A DNA stretch of 64,000 nt from Candidatus Falkowbacteria bacterium (GTDB lineage: Bacteria > Patescibacteriota > Patescibacteriia > Patescibacteriales > UBA12465): positions 496,194-560,193 of the forward strand of contig JBAXJX010000001.1 in the NCBI GenBank assembly GCA_037137655.1, in the 5' to 3' direction. Positions 26,116-36,088 of the stretch are shown here, piece after piece; within the stretch, counting starts at the first letter, position 1, and each line of letters opens with the position of its first letter. Below the pieces are notes generated by a model, which did no database searches, was not told where the DNA came from, and saw nothing but the letters and a program-made list of their open reading frames with translations. A program made the position numbers and the translations under genes.

Positions 26116-27084
26116 CTATTTATTGAATAAATCATTTCTAATCGACAAGCTCAAATCAAAAACGACACCAACGTTATTACCGCTATTATTAATACGTTCG
26201 TTGGTAATGCTAGCTGTAGCCGTCTTCTCTCCAGCCAAAAATGTTTTAAGTTGGACACCAATAGCGCGATAATCCTTAACAAAAGCCTTTAGCGCGTAAG
26301 TTCCATCAACACCACCATTAAAACCAGAATAAAACACATCAGCTAACGTATTTTTTTCTAAATAGCTGAAAAAATTAGTCCAGTAAACGTGCTTAGCCAG
26401 AATTGGAGCAGTTAGTTCGGCTCTGTTTTTAAAATCCAAAGCTTCGGCTGCCTTAGCTTTATTATTTTCTACTTCTTTATTAATAGATTGAGACTCGACT
26501 TGTAATTTTTCCGTCTTAGCATTAATTTCATTAGCTTGCCACAAGAACAATGTTAAATATATTTCTCCAACCAAAACTAGGGATATTAAAACAAAAGTCC
26601 CCATAATTGATAGATTCTTTTTCCAATCAAATGATATTTCAATTTGATCACTAATCAAATCCATCTCTAATATTTTTGGATTAGAAATGATAACACTTTT
26701 CGGCTCAACAACTTTAACTGGCGCCGGCTTATCCTTTTCTTTTTTAGCTACCGGCTTCTCAGGTGTAATTTCTTTTTTAATTTCTTTAGCTTCTTTATTG
26801 TTGTTAGCTGGTTTAATTTCAAAAATTGGTTTTCTTACTTCAATTGGTGCTACTGGCTTAATTTCTGGTACAACTTTTTTTACATCTTTTGTTTTAGCTT
26901 GAAAATCTGATTCAGAAAAAGGATTATCGCTGACTTTTTTAAATTTTAACGCTTCCCCGTATTTCTTAATCTTATTAAAAAATGGCGCAATAGAAAAAGC
27001 CGGCTTCGCAGGTTGTTTAACGCCTTCGCGTAGGATTATTTTGTCCTCAACTTTTTCTTTTTTAGAAAATATATTTTCTGGCAT
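26116..27084 (-). CDS. PilN-like pilus alignment protein with a Lys/Pro/Glu-rich N-terminal extension
   Basis: 322 aa. Low-complexity region of about 150 aa (KPVAPIEVRKPIFEIKPANNNKEAKEIKKEITPEKPVAKKEKDKPAPVKVVEPK), then a TM segment, then a coiled-coil ectodomain. It lies directly after pilM. Confidence 0.5.
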   Translation of the reverse strand: MPENIFSKKEKVEDKIILREGVKQPAKPAFSIAPFFNKIKKYGEALKFKKVSDNPFSESDFQAKTKDVKKVVPEIKPVAPIEVRKPIFEIKPANNNKEAKEIKKEITPEKPVAKKEKDKPAPVKVVEPKSVIISNPKILEMDLISDQIEISFDWKKNLSIMGTFVLISLVLVGEIYLTLFLWQANEINAKTEKLQVESQSINKEVENNKAKAAEALDFKNRAELTAPILAKHVYWTNFFSYLEKNTLADVFYSGFNGGVDGTYALKAFVKDYRAIGVQLKTFLAGEKTATASITNERINNSGNNVGVVFDLSLSIRNDLFNK

Positions 27085-27113
27085 AAATCTGGGGATTTAT
27101 TTAAAATTTAATT

Positions 27114-28166
27114 TTACTTAATACTACGTAAAGCTAATCCAATTGCTACGGCCATTTTTGGTCCAACCTCTGACAAGACTGGACGAAGCTCTGGTGGACA
27201 AGAAACTCTAAACCATGGATCACCAACAACTACTCGAATATTTAAAACGCTCTCTAAATAATTAGATAGATTAATCAATAAAGCACCGCCACCGGTTAAG
27301 ATAATTTTTTCCACTGGCTCGCCATTACTATTGCGGAATAAATCCAACATATACTTAATTTCATTAATAATTGGATTTATAGCATTTAGAATAAGCTTTG
27401 GCACTTCGGTTTCCGTACCATCAACTGTTGAAACTCCTAAATCATATTTTAATTGTTCAGCTTTGGCAAAAGATAGGCCTAATTTCTGACTGATTGTTTC
27501 AGTGATAGTTGAGCCACAAACATTAATACTACGATTTAAATATGGGATGCTTTCTTTAACAATACAAATATCAGTGCTATTAGCACCTAAATCAACAATC
27601 ATTACCGTTGCCTTATCGTCACCAACAAGAGAACGAATCAATGAAAATGTTTCAGTTTCCAAATTAACTAAATTCATTTTAGCTGATTGAACGATGCTTA
27701 TGTATTTCTTGATTAATTTTTTTGGAGAACCAGTTAAAAATATTTTAGTATTATTATCAGTATTAGCCACGCCTTTTGGTTGAGCAATAATTTCCCAGGC
27801 CAACACCATTTCCTCAAGTGGAATTGGAATAACCTTACGCGCCTCATCGTTCACGGCAGTAGCAATATTTTTTTTATTAATATTGTATAGATTAATCACC
27901 GAAGAAAAAACTGCAAAGCTCGGCAAAGAAACCGTCGCCTGATCACAGGTGATTCCGATATCACTTTTAACTTTATTTATAATTTTAGCTAGTGACGCAG
28001 GATCTTCCATGGCGGTAAATTTCGTCTTGGTCAAATTTTCACTGAAGCCGTAATTTTTCAAAACAATCTTCTTATTCTTTTTAACTAATTCAACCATTTT
28101 TAGAGATGAATCGCCAATATCAATACCGAGAAAAGAATTTTCAGAAGCCGAAGAGAATAAACCCAT
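27114..28166 (-). CDS. pilM: Type IV pilus assembly protein PilM (actin-like ATPase fold)
   Basis: FLGIDIGDSSLKMVEL, VDLGANSTDI and ILTGGGALL are actin/FtsA-like phosphate and adenosine motifs. 350 aa. Confidence 0.85.
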   Translation of the reverse strand: MGLFSSASENSFLGIDIGDSSLKMVELVKKNKKIVLKNYGFSENLTKTKFTAMEDPASLAKIINKVKSDIGITCDQATVSLPSFAVFSSVINLYNINKKNIATAVNDEARKVIPIPLEEMVLAWEIIAQPKGVANTDNNTKIFLTGSPKKLIKKYISIVQSAKMNLVNLETETFSLIRSLVGDDKATVMIVDLGANSTDICIVKESIPYLNRSINVCGSTITETISQKLGLSFAKAEQLKYDLGVSTVDGTETEVPKLILNAINPIINEIKYMLDLFRNSNGEPVEKIILTGGGALLINLSNYLESVLNIRVVVGDPWFRVSCPPELRPVLSEVGPKMAVAIGLALRSIK

Positions 28167-28330
28167 ATTTTTTATTTTATTTTTTGTATATAAAAAATTT
28201 ATTTGTATTGTTGTTAATTATATTATATAATATTATAGAATATTGCTCAATAGCAAGTCGAAAAATATTAATCAACACAAGTACAAAATCTATCAAATTA
28301 ATTATAACATAAAAATTAAAAATAAACAAA

Positions 28331-29590
28331 ATGAATTTAGCCTTATTTTTTCAACGTTATAAAAAAATTATTTTCGGTCTGTTGTTTATTTTAGTTTGTA
28401 TCCTTATCGGATATTTTATCTGGCAACTTTTCTTTGCTCCGGTTGTCACTCCAGGCGTCAAACTGCAACCAATATCAACAACTACTCCTGGCGCCCTACC
28501 ATCAGCTGGTGAAGGCGGCCAACAAGTTGGTAGCACAACTGGTCCAGGATCAGTACCGGAATCAAAATATATAATACCCGGTAAGACCAGTAGTGGTCCA
28601 AGTGCTGTTGCTGCCGGCGGTCTAACCAACGTCACAACTTTAACTAAAGGTGAAACTCTTAGCCCAACAATAAGTAGTGATGGAAAAAGCGTTCAATACT
28701 ATAATAAGGGTGATGGTAAATTCTATCGCATAAACAATGCCGGCGAGGCTGTTCCTTTGAGTGACACCGTATTTCATGATGTTAGCAAAGTAACTTGGGC
28801 TCCAAATGCTGGCAAGGCCGTAATTGAATATCCTGATCAATCAAAAATTGTGTACGACTTTAATACCGAAAAACAAGTAACCTTGCCAAAACACTGGGAA
28901 GACTTCACCTTTTCCCCAAATAGCGATCAACTAGTAATGAAGAGTTTAGCAACTGATCCTGATAATCGTTGGCTAATAGTAGCTAATGCCGACGGCTCAA
29001 AAGCCCGGGCTATAGAAAATATTGGAACAAATGATGCTACAGTGATACCATCATGGTCACCAAACAACCAAACAGTAGCTATGTATACCCAAGGTATTGA
29101 TCTTAACCGCAAAAGCGTTTTCTTTGTTGGTTTAAACGGGGAAAACTTTAAATCTATAACCACGGATGGTCGTGGTTTCCAACCTAAGTGGGCACCAAGT
29201 GGTGATAAACTTTTATACAGCGACTACACTACTGATTCCGACCTAAAACCAACGCTTTGGATTGTTGGAGCACAAGGCGATAACATTGGTGCTGGACGCA
29301 AACCACTAGAACTTCAGACTTGGGCAGATAAATGTACTTTCGCCAGTAGCAATGAAGTTTACTGTGCTGTGCCAGAAGACTTACCAACTGGTGCTGGTAT
29401 GTTCCCAGAAACAGCTCTGCAAAGTAAAGATCAATTATACAAAATAAATACCGACACCGGTACCAAACAATTAATTGCCATTCCTGACGGGGCTTACAAT
29501 ATTTCCAATTTAATGGTCTCTGATAATCAAGGTCAATTATTCTTTAACGACCAAAAGACGAATCAAATTTATAAAATAAATTTAAAATAA
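28331..29590 (+). CDS. Membrane-anchored TolB-like beta-propeller (PD40 repeat) protein
   Basis: N-terminal TM segment, then repeated FSPNSDQLV / WSPNNQTVA / WAPSGDKLLY PD40-like motifs. Confidence 0.6.
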   Translation: MNLALFFQRYKKIIFGLLFILVCILIGYFIWQLFFAPVVTPGVKLQPISTTTPGALPSAGEGGQQVGSTTGPGSVPESKYIIPGKTSSGPSAVAAGGLTNVTTLTKGETLSPTISSDGKSVQYYNKGDGKFYRINNAGEAVPLSDTVFHDVSKVTWAPNAGKAVIEYPDQSKIVYDFNTEKQVTLPKHWEDFTFSPNSDQLVMKSLATDPDNRWLIVANADGSKARAIENIGTNDATVIPSWSPNNQTVAMYTQGIDLNRKSVFFVGLNGENFKSITTDGRGFQPKWAPSGDKLLYSDYTTDSDLKPTLWIVGAQGDNIGAGRKPLELQTWADKCTFASSNEVYCAVPEDLPTGAGMFPETALQSKDQLYKINTDTGTKQLIAIPDGAYNISNLMVSDNQGQLFFNDQKTNQIYKINLK

Positions 29591-29620
29591 AAACAGCTCC
29601 CCTCCTCTGTCGACAATTAA

Positions 29621-30340
29621 ATGCTTAAATTATTAAAAGACATTCTCTTTCCAGTTGAATGTCTTTTTTGTAAAAAATATGGCGTTTGGCTATGCCCAAA
29701 TTGCGCCGCTACTATAAAATTTGAAGCTCATCAATCTTGTCCAAGTTGTCACCGCTTAAATGCTTGGGGCGAGCTTTGTGTGGACTGTCAGAAAGATTTT
29801 TTCTTTGATGGTATTTTTGTCGCCGGCGATTATCATGACCAAAAATTAGCCCAACTCATCAAAAATTATAAATATAATTTTCTTAAAGATTTAGGCGTTG
29901 TCTTGGCTGATTTTATGATTGGATTTATTAAGGAAAAAATCTTTATCAATTCTTACAAACATATCTTAAACCGAACTCTTAGTTTAAGTTCAAAAAATAC
30001 ACTCGTCATTCCAGTACCGCTCAGCTCTAAACGCCAAAGATGGCGTGGCTTTAATCAAGCTGAGATTATTGCCGATTATTTCGCGGCTAATCTAAACCTT
30101 AGTATCAACAAAGATTTAAAAAGATTAAAACACAAAAGCGCCCAAGCTAAATTAAGCGAGGCGGAGCGCCAAAAAAATATCGACGGAGTCTTTGTTTGGA
30201 CTGGCGTCGATATTAAAGGTAAACGAATAATTTTAGTTGATGATGTGAGTACCACTGGCGCAACTTTAAATGAAGGGGCTAAAGTTTTAAAAGCCGCCGG
30301 CGCCGAAGCGGTTTGGGGACTAGTAATTGCTAGTAACTAA
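29621..30340 (+). CDS. comFC: ComF family protein (ComFC-type phosphoribosyltransferase)
   Basis: N-terminal Cys pairs (CLFC..CPNC, CPSC..CVDC) and C-terminal PRTase motif ILVDDVSTTGATL. Confidence 0.8.
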   Translation: MLKLLKDILFPVECLFCKKYGVWLCPNCAATIKFEAHQSCPSCHRLNAWGELCVDCQKDFFFDGIFVAGDYHDQKLAQLIKNYKYNFLKDLGVVLADFMIGFIKEKIFINSYKHILNRTLSLSSKNTLVIPVPLSSKRQRWRGFNQAEIIADYFAANLNLSINKDLKRLKHKSAQAKLSEAERQKNIDGVFVWTGVDIKGKRIILVDDVSTTGATLNEGAKVLKAAGAEAVWGLVIASN

Positions 30341-30349
30341 AATTTTTAC

Positions 30350-31417
30350 TTACTTATTTTTAGGAAAAATACCATTATAAAATTCTAAATTATTCAAACT
30401 AGCTAAGCGCTGACCTGATGGCTCATTTAATTTAAACATGTGATGCAAGAAGGCTTTAGAATTGTCACGTAACTCTTTAATTTTACTAGTTTTATTTATC
30501 GGTGAAAAATCATTAGCAAATTTAGAATTGTTAATATTAAAAGTTTTGTTGTTCTGCTTCTTAACATTAAGATCGGAAAAAATTCGACCATGTCTTCCCT
30601 CTCGTGTCGGAATTACACAATCAAAAATATCCCAACCCATATCCATGCACCGCATAATATCTTCCGGCGTGCCAATGCCAAGTGCAAAACGAATTTTATC
30701 TTCTGGAATAAACGCGGCGGTTTTTTTAAGAACTTCTTCTAAAAAATTACCTTCCTTGTCAACCGGGCGAGCGCCAAAACCATAACCATCAAAACCAATC
30801 TTTACCAACTCTTTAGCACAATACTCACGCAAATCAATTTCCGCGCCACCCTGAACCACGCCAAAAATCAAAGGACGTTTATTGTTTGGAATCTTTCGTT
30901 TCTTTATTTGTTTTTCATACTCAATTTTACAACGCTTCGCCCAAGCGATAGTTCGGGCGACGGCTCGTTCTAGGTCGTGACGATCAAATTCATTTGGCGG
31001 ACAATCATCAAAGCAAACCATCATATCAACACCCAAGTCAAATTGAATTTGGATTGATTTTTCTGGACTAAACTCATGCATCGAACCATCAAGCGGTGAT
31101 TTAAAAATAACCTTATCGTCGGTAATTTTTCCCATTTTAGCATTGCGATGAATAAGTGAAAAAACTTGATAGCCGCCACTGTCCGAAAGTAATGGGCCAG
31201 ACCAATTCATAAAACTATGAATACCGCCAGCCTTTTTAATAATTTTTAAACCTGGCTGTAAATATAAATGAAAAGTATTAACCACCATTGCTTTAGTTCC
31301 TGCTTGGCGCACATCATCATTACTTAACAATTTAGCAAAACCACGCGTCGCGTCTGGCATAAAAAATGGCGTGGTAACATTACCGTGTGCAGTTTTAATT
31401 ATTTTTTTTCTAATCAT
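30350..31417 (-). CDS. tgt: tRNA-guanine transglycosylase (queuine tRNA-ribosyltransferase) lacking the zinc-binding Cys/His set
   Basis: LSDSGGYQVFSL, GVVQGG and GWDIFDCVIPTREGRHG. The C-terminal 90 aa contain no Cys. Confidence 0.8.
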   Translation of the reverse strand: MIRKKIIKTAHGNVTTPFFMPDATRGFAKLLSNDDVRQAGTKAMVVNTFHLYLQPGLKIIKKAGGIHSFMNWSGPLLSDSGGYQVFSLIHRNAKMGKITDDKVIFKSPLDGSMHEFSPEKSIQIQFDLGVDMMVCFDDCPPNEFDRHDLERAVARTIAWAKRCKIEYEKQIKKRKIPNNKRPLIFGVVQGGAEIDLREYCAKELVKIGFDGYGFGARPVDKEGNFLEEVLKKTAAFIPEDKIRFALGIGTPEDIMRCMDMGWDIFDCVIPTREGRHGRIFSDLNVKKQNNKTFNINNSKFANDFSPINKTSKIKELRDNSKAFLHHMFKLNEPSGQRLASLNNLEFYNGIFPKNK

Positions 31418-31423
31418 AATATA

Positions 31424-33445
31424 TTATTTAACAAGACCATCATTACTTAAACTAGCAATATCATCGTCCTCTAATTTAGTTGTTTGAGCCTTACCAGTCT
31501 TAGTTATAACACCTTGAGTCTCAATATCAGTGGCATTAAGCACGGCACCATTGGAAAGTACCATAATGCGATTACGATCACCCTCACTTGGTGTTACCGA
31601 AATGCTAATGTCGGCTGTTGCTGAATAAACGGTAATTGGTAAGCGACCAATATCCCAAATAATTTTATTAGTAGCAGCATCAAAATAAACTTGACCAACG
31701 GAAACATGTGCTTGATTTTCATAAATCACACCAGTTGGCAAAGCATATTCCACGCGCACACCGCTAAGTTCATGTAAATCATTCTTTATCACCCAATTAA
31801 CATTTAACCCTGTTTTTTCACCAACTTTTGGTGGCAAAGGACCAAAACCAATTGGCACATTATCATCATTAAAATAACGAATCTTTTCCGAGAAATCCAA
31901 ATTACTATTAACCTTCACAATAATAACATTACTCTTATTATCTGAACCACCCTTAAAGTCTTGGCTGTTACCAATGCTAAATTGGGAGTAACTTAGAATT
32001 TGCAAACTCTTACCAATATCCTCAGGTGTAAATTTATTCAACTTAAAGGAAAAATTAATAACACCCTCCTGTCCGGCCGGTAGTTCTTTTAAGGCAGGCA
32101 CTTCTTTTGATGTCCAAGTTATAATACCATCCTTAACAAGACCGTTGTTTTTATCAACCAAGCTTGAAAAATCAATTGCATCACTATTTAGCACAGCCAT
32201 AATTACCACATCCTTCATAGAAGAATCTCCCATGTTTTTATAGTCAATGGAATAATTTAAACTATCACCGAAATTAACCGCTTGGTCACCTTTATTATCA
32301 TTAAGAGACAAAGAAAGATTTAAACTACTCTTAACTACGTCAATTAATAACTCCTTTTGCCAGAAAGTATAATTCTGATTGTTATCACCTTTGGTTTCAA
32401 AATGAAGATCAATTTTTTCTTGATCATTATTTTTTTGCTTAACACGATAAGTTATTTTTAAAGTCTGCTTACCGAAATCACGACTAAACCCAGAGACGCG
32501 CCAGATATTGCTACCGAGTTCTTCAAAATTAAGTTTATCACCATCACCAGATTGTCTATCCTTAACACCAAAAGATTGGGAAGTTATAGCTATATTTGTT
32601 GGTAGAGAAAATACTAAATTAAACGAATCCGGAAGTTTACTGCCATAATCACCGATTGTGATATCAATCACGCCATCTTCACCAACCAGAGCTGAGGATG
32701 CCGTATCAAGGCTAACATTAAAGCCAAGACCACTGACCTTTGTTATTAGAGCCATGCTCTTGTTGAATTCAGTGCTAAAATTGTCCATGAAGTAAGTCGC
32801 CTTTACCAATAAAGGGTTCTCAGAGGCCTCAGGCCCAATAATTTTACCTTTTATTTTTATAGTCGCACTAGCACCTTTAGAAATACTCACAACACTCCAA
32901 GTATTTTTATTTTGATCTGGCGCAGGTAAGCTTTCAGAGAAAATAAAATTATCCGGATAAGTTAATTCAATTTTTATATTATTTAAATTGAACTGAGAAT
33001 TATTTTTATATTCAATTGAATAAATAACATCATCACCACTAACAACCTCTTTTGGATAAGTAACATTAATTCCCAGAAGGTCAGATTTGGCAATACGATC
33101 TTTTATGAAGTAAGTATAAACACCGTAAAGAGCTACGGCCACAAGTGCGGTTACAAAAAATATGCGCAAAAAAGCAGAAAACCATGAACCGCGTTTTCTA
33201 ATATTTATCTTTTTAACATCAACAATGTTGCCACGCTCATCTTCATAAATCTCCAAAAGCTCATCACCTGTCGGAATTAAATCTCTTTTTTTTATATCTT
33301 GATCAAGACGATCGTCGAAGCGCGCCACCGCTTCTTCGTCTGGTAATGGCCTTTCCGTAAACTCCATAATATTGGAGCGATCTTTCTTGTTAACAATAAC
33401 ATCCTCGTTGATTTTATCGTTAGCCTTTTTTTTATTTAAAGCCAT
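31424..33445 (-). CDS. Large membrane-anchored surface protein with DUF11/CARDB-like repeats
   Basis: 673 aa with a TM segment near residue 90. Repeated beta-sandwich-like segments, e.g. SGDDVIYSIEYKNNSQFNLNNIKIELTYP and FGDSLNYSIDYKNMGDSSMKDVVIMAVL. Confidence 0.6.
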   Translation of the reverse strand: MALNKKKANDKINEDVIVNKKDRSNIMEFTERPLPDEEAVARFDDRLDQDIKKRDLIPTGDELLEIYEDERGNIVDVKKINIRKRGSWFSAFLRIFFVTALVAVALYGVYTYFIKDRIAKSDLLGINVTYPKEVVSGDDVIYSIEYKNNSQFNLNNIKIELTYPDNFIFSESLPAPDQNKNTWSVVSISKGASATIKIKGKIIGPEASENPLLVKATYFMDNFSTEFNKSMALITKVSGLGFNVSLDTASSALVGEDGVIDITIGDYGSKLPDSFNLVFSLPTNIAITSQSFGVKDRQSGDGDKLNFEELGSNIWRVSGFSRDFGKQTLKITYRVKQKNNDQEKIDLHFETKGDNNQNYTFWQKELLIDVVKSSLNLSLSLNDNKGDQAVNFGDSLNYSIDYKNMGDSSMKDVVIMAVLNSDAIDFSSLVDKNNGLVKDGIITWTSKEVPALKELPAGQEGVINFSFKLNKFTPEDIGKSLQILSYSQFSIGNSQDFKGGSDNKSNVIIVKVNSNLDFSEKIRYFNDDNVPIGFGPLPPKVGEKTGLNVNWVIKNDLHELSGVRVEYALPTGVIYENQAHVSVGQVYFDAATNKIIWDIGRLPITVYSATADISISVTPSEGDRNRIMVLSNGAVLNATDIETQGVITKTGKAQTTKLEDDDIASLSNDGLVK

Positions 33446-33466
33446 ATTATTTAAATTAAATTTAAT

Positions 33467-36088
33467 TTATTTGATAAGAATTGAATAATATTTATCCGCA
33501 TCCAAATTTGTATTAAAATCCCAACCACTATTCATTATAGCTAAATTATTAGGATACTTCCAGAAAATATGATGACCAGAATTAAGCTTAAGATTCGAAG
33601 AATAGTCACCAATAAATGAACCAGGTTGTTTTTGCACTAACACAGAAAATCTATAAACAGCCGGAACACCAGTTTTAAAGAAATTATTTAATTGCCATAA
33701 CCAATCGTTACTCTCTTGCACTGAATGCAATTTAAATGGTAAGCGATATTTAAAAGTAATAATTGAACTTTGTCCTGGATCAGTCATCACCCAATTAGCA
33801 AAAACTGTTTTACCACTCTCCATATAAATACTTACGCCGCTAGCTTGATCGATTACAGCCTGTCCTTCGGTTTTTTCCACTAAATCATTTTTCTCCCAAC
33901 TAGGATCAACCGGTTTATTAAAATATTTAGCGTCTGGTTGACTAAAACCATCAGCGGAAATTAACTCACTGCCCCGCGGCACATAAACTCGCATCCAATC
34001 AACATTGCGCACGCCGGAAAAGGCCTCGTTTTTTAAACCAGTATGTGTCCGAGTAATAGTTAGGGTGTCAACAATTGAATTATCAGGTTGAACTTCGATG
34101 GCATGATTAATTTTCTGTTCCATTTTACGATCACTTTTTTGACCGGCAATATTAGTATTAACCACTGAAAGATAATCATCTGGCGCTGTCTTAATCGCTC
34201 CAGCCCATGAATTAGCCTCCATCTTTGCCTGCAATGTCGGATCAGAAAAATATAATAAAACTTGTTTTTCATTTAAGCTTTGATCGATTACGGAGAACAA
34301 AGTAGATACATTATCTTTTTTAATTTTTGTCGGTAAAATCACCATGATTTGATTTATCAAATCACCAATAATTTTCTTTGGCTTATTTTTATCAGCATTA
34401 TTCAAGTTGGCATTATCCTTTACCGCAGCCATCAATTTAGCGCCCTGCACACTGGAAGAAGCATAGGTTTCAGGATTACCAATTTTTTCCACCACACTCT
34501 GGGTTGCTTCCCAAAAATTATTACTATCAATAATCAAGCCGTAGTCCTTGGTCATATCAATTGGGCCGGTAATTGTTAATAATCGTTCTAAAACTGTTGG
34601 CGTAAAACTAATTACACCATCAACTGATGGTCCGCCACTTTTTTCATAAAACCACATTAAATTTTTAGCGCTTAAGCGCCAGTCAGACCACCAATTAGCA
34701 TCCCAAAAATGCCACAAAGGATCAACTAAGTGCAGCGGTTGGGGCGATTCCACGGCAACATGTAAACCACCTTCCGTATCATATGATCCGCCAGCCGGGA
34801 CTTCAATATTCTGCACTCTTCCCTCGCGCAAATCAAGCAAAGCATAGCTACCGATAAATCCACCAGAGGCACGCGCTTCACTGTTATTTTGAAAAACCAC
34901 TAAATATCTTTTATCCTTATTGGCACCGACAAAATCATCCAAACCAGAAACTAAACCTATAAAATCACTTAAACCTTTCTCAATGTTTAGCGATTCATCT
35001 TTAAGCGTTAAAAATTTAACCCGATAAGCCGCCGGAATATCATCACTATTTATTTTACTTAAATTACTGTTAAGCTCCTTGGCATTATCCACGGCCGCTT
35101 GACCATAATAAATAAATTTTTGTAGCAGCGGTTCAATTTTAGTATTCGCATCTTTTTGGGAAAAGATAATCGCAAAAGCTAAACTTAAATTTTGTCCAAG
35201 ATTAGAAGCGTTGGTACCGATTTCCAAAAACTTATCAGCCGATCCGGCCATTCTAATTTTATCGTTACCAGAAAATGAAGCGAGAGATGAAATTAATTCA
35301 TCCATATTTTTAAGATCATCCGCGGCACGCAAAAAATCATTACCAGCCGAAGAAAAACCAAGAGTAGCTCGCTGCAAATCAAGCTCAGAAACCGCTCCGC
35401 CAGCTGAAAGCAAATCAGACATCGCCGCCTCAGAACTACCAACCACAGCATCTTTCTTCCCCCACAGACTATAATAAGACAGGAGTTTAAAAGGCAAAAT
35501 CAATAACAATAAAATAAATACGAATGATAAAATTATTAACCACCATTTAGGTTTTTTATTATTACCAGATATTTTTTTAATAAACTCATCGCTAATTTTT
35601 TGAGGTTGATCGCGCCACAAGCGACGGCGACTGTAATCAAATTTATGTAAGAATTTCGAGCGCTTTCGATTTGTTATAAAATTATTCCAAGTAGCTTTAA
35701 TTTTATTTTTCCAAATATCAAAAAAATTTGGCACTTCTCTTTTTTTAGTCTCTGGAAATAATTGCACTATCATTCTTTTGGTATCCACCCAAAAGAAAAC
35801 ATAAAGCGATTTTAAAAATTTAAAAATAGCGCCAAAAAAAGGAAATAAAGTTAACTGCTTAAATTTAGAGAAATCAAATTTAACTCGCGGAGCATTATTT
35901 TTTAAAGAGCTATTCTCCAACCAATTCGAGCCAAGGTTGTTCTCTCGACGCAAAGACTCCAGGCTAGCCACCTGGTCGTCTTTTAGGGCCGCTAAGCGTT
36001 CATTCCCCTGTCGTAAGTCAAGTACGAAATTGGATGCCACCTGGCCGCTTTCTGTGTCAATATTTATATTATGCTTTTTTATTTCCAT
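33467..36088 (-). CDS. DUF4012-like large envelope protein
   Basis: Start trimmed to the ATG at 36088 (MEIKKHN), which overlaps the GT4 gene end by 20 nt. YLVVFQNNSEARASGGFIGSYALLDL resembles the DUF4012 core as I recall it. There is a TM segment near residue 190. Confidence 0.6.
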   Translation of the reverse strand: MEIKKHNINIDTESGQVASNFVLDLRQGNERLAALKDDQVASLESLRRENNLGSNWLENSSLKNNAPRVKFDFSKFKQLTLFPFFGAIFKFLKSLYVFFWVDTKRMIVQLFPETKKREVPNFFDIWKNKIKATWNNFITNRKRSKFLHKFDYSRRRLWRDQPQKISDEFIKKISGNNKKPKWWLIILSFVFILLLLILPFKLLSYYSLWGKKDAVVGSSEAAMSDLLSAGGAVSELDLQRATLGFSSAGNDFLRAADDLKNMDELISSLASFSGNDKIRMAGSADKFLEIGTNASNLGQNLSLAFAIIFSQKDANTKIEPLLQKFIYYGQAAVDNAKELNSNLSKINSDDIPAAYRVKFLTLKDESLNIEKGLSDFIGLVSGLDDFVGANKDKRYLVVFQNNSEARASGGFIGSYALLDLREGRVQNIEVPAGGSYDTEGGLHVAVESPQPLHLVDPLWHFWDANWWSDWRLSAKNLMWFYEKSGGPSVDGVISFTPTVLERLLTITGPIDMTKDYGLIIDSNNFWEATQSVVEKIGNPETYASSSVQGAKLMAAVKDNANLNNADKNKPKKIIGDLINQIMVILPTKIKKDNVSTLFSVIDQSLNEKQVLLYFSDPTLQAKMEANSWAGAIKTAPDDYLSVVNTNIAGQKSDRKMEQKINHAIEVQPDNSIVDTLTITRTHTGLKNEAFSGVRNVDWMRVYVPRGSELISADGFSQPDAKYFNKPVDPSWEKNDLVEKTEGQAVIDQASGVSIYMESGKTVFANWVMTDPGQSSIITFKYRLPFKLHSVQESNDWLWQLNNFFKTGVPAVYRFSVLVQKQPGSFIGDYSSNLKLNSGHHIFWKYPNNLAIMNSGWDFNTNLDADKYYSILIK

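Noticed and set aside
26690-26900. Periodic sequence in the PilN-like gene, and at 49373..49500 in iscU, considered as a possible non-coding tandem repeat or CRISPR-like array
   Set aside because: Both regions are in-frame Lys-rich coding low complexity. They lack conserved repeat units and unique spacers.
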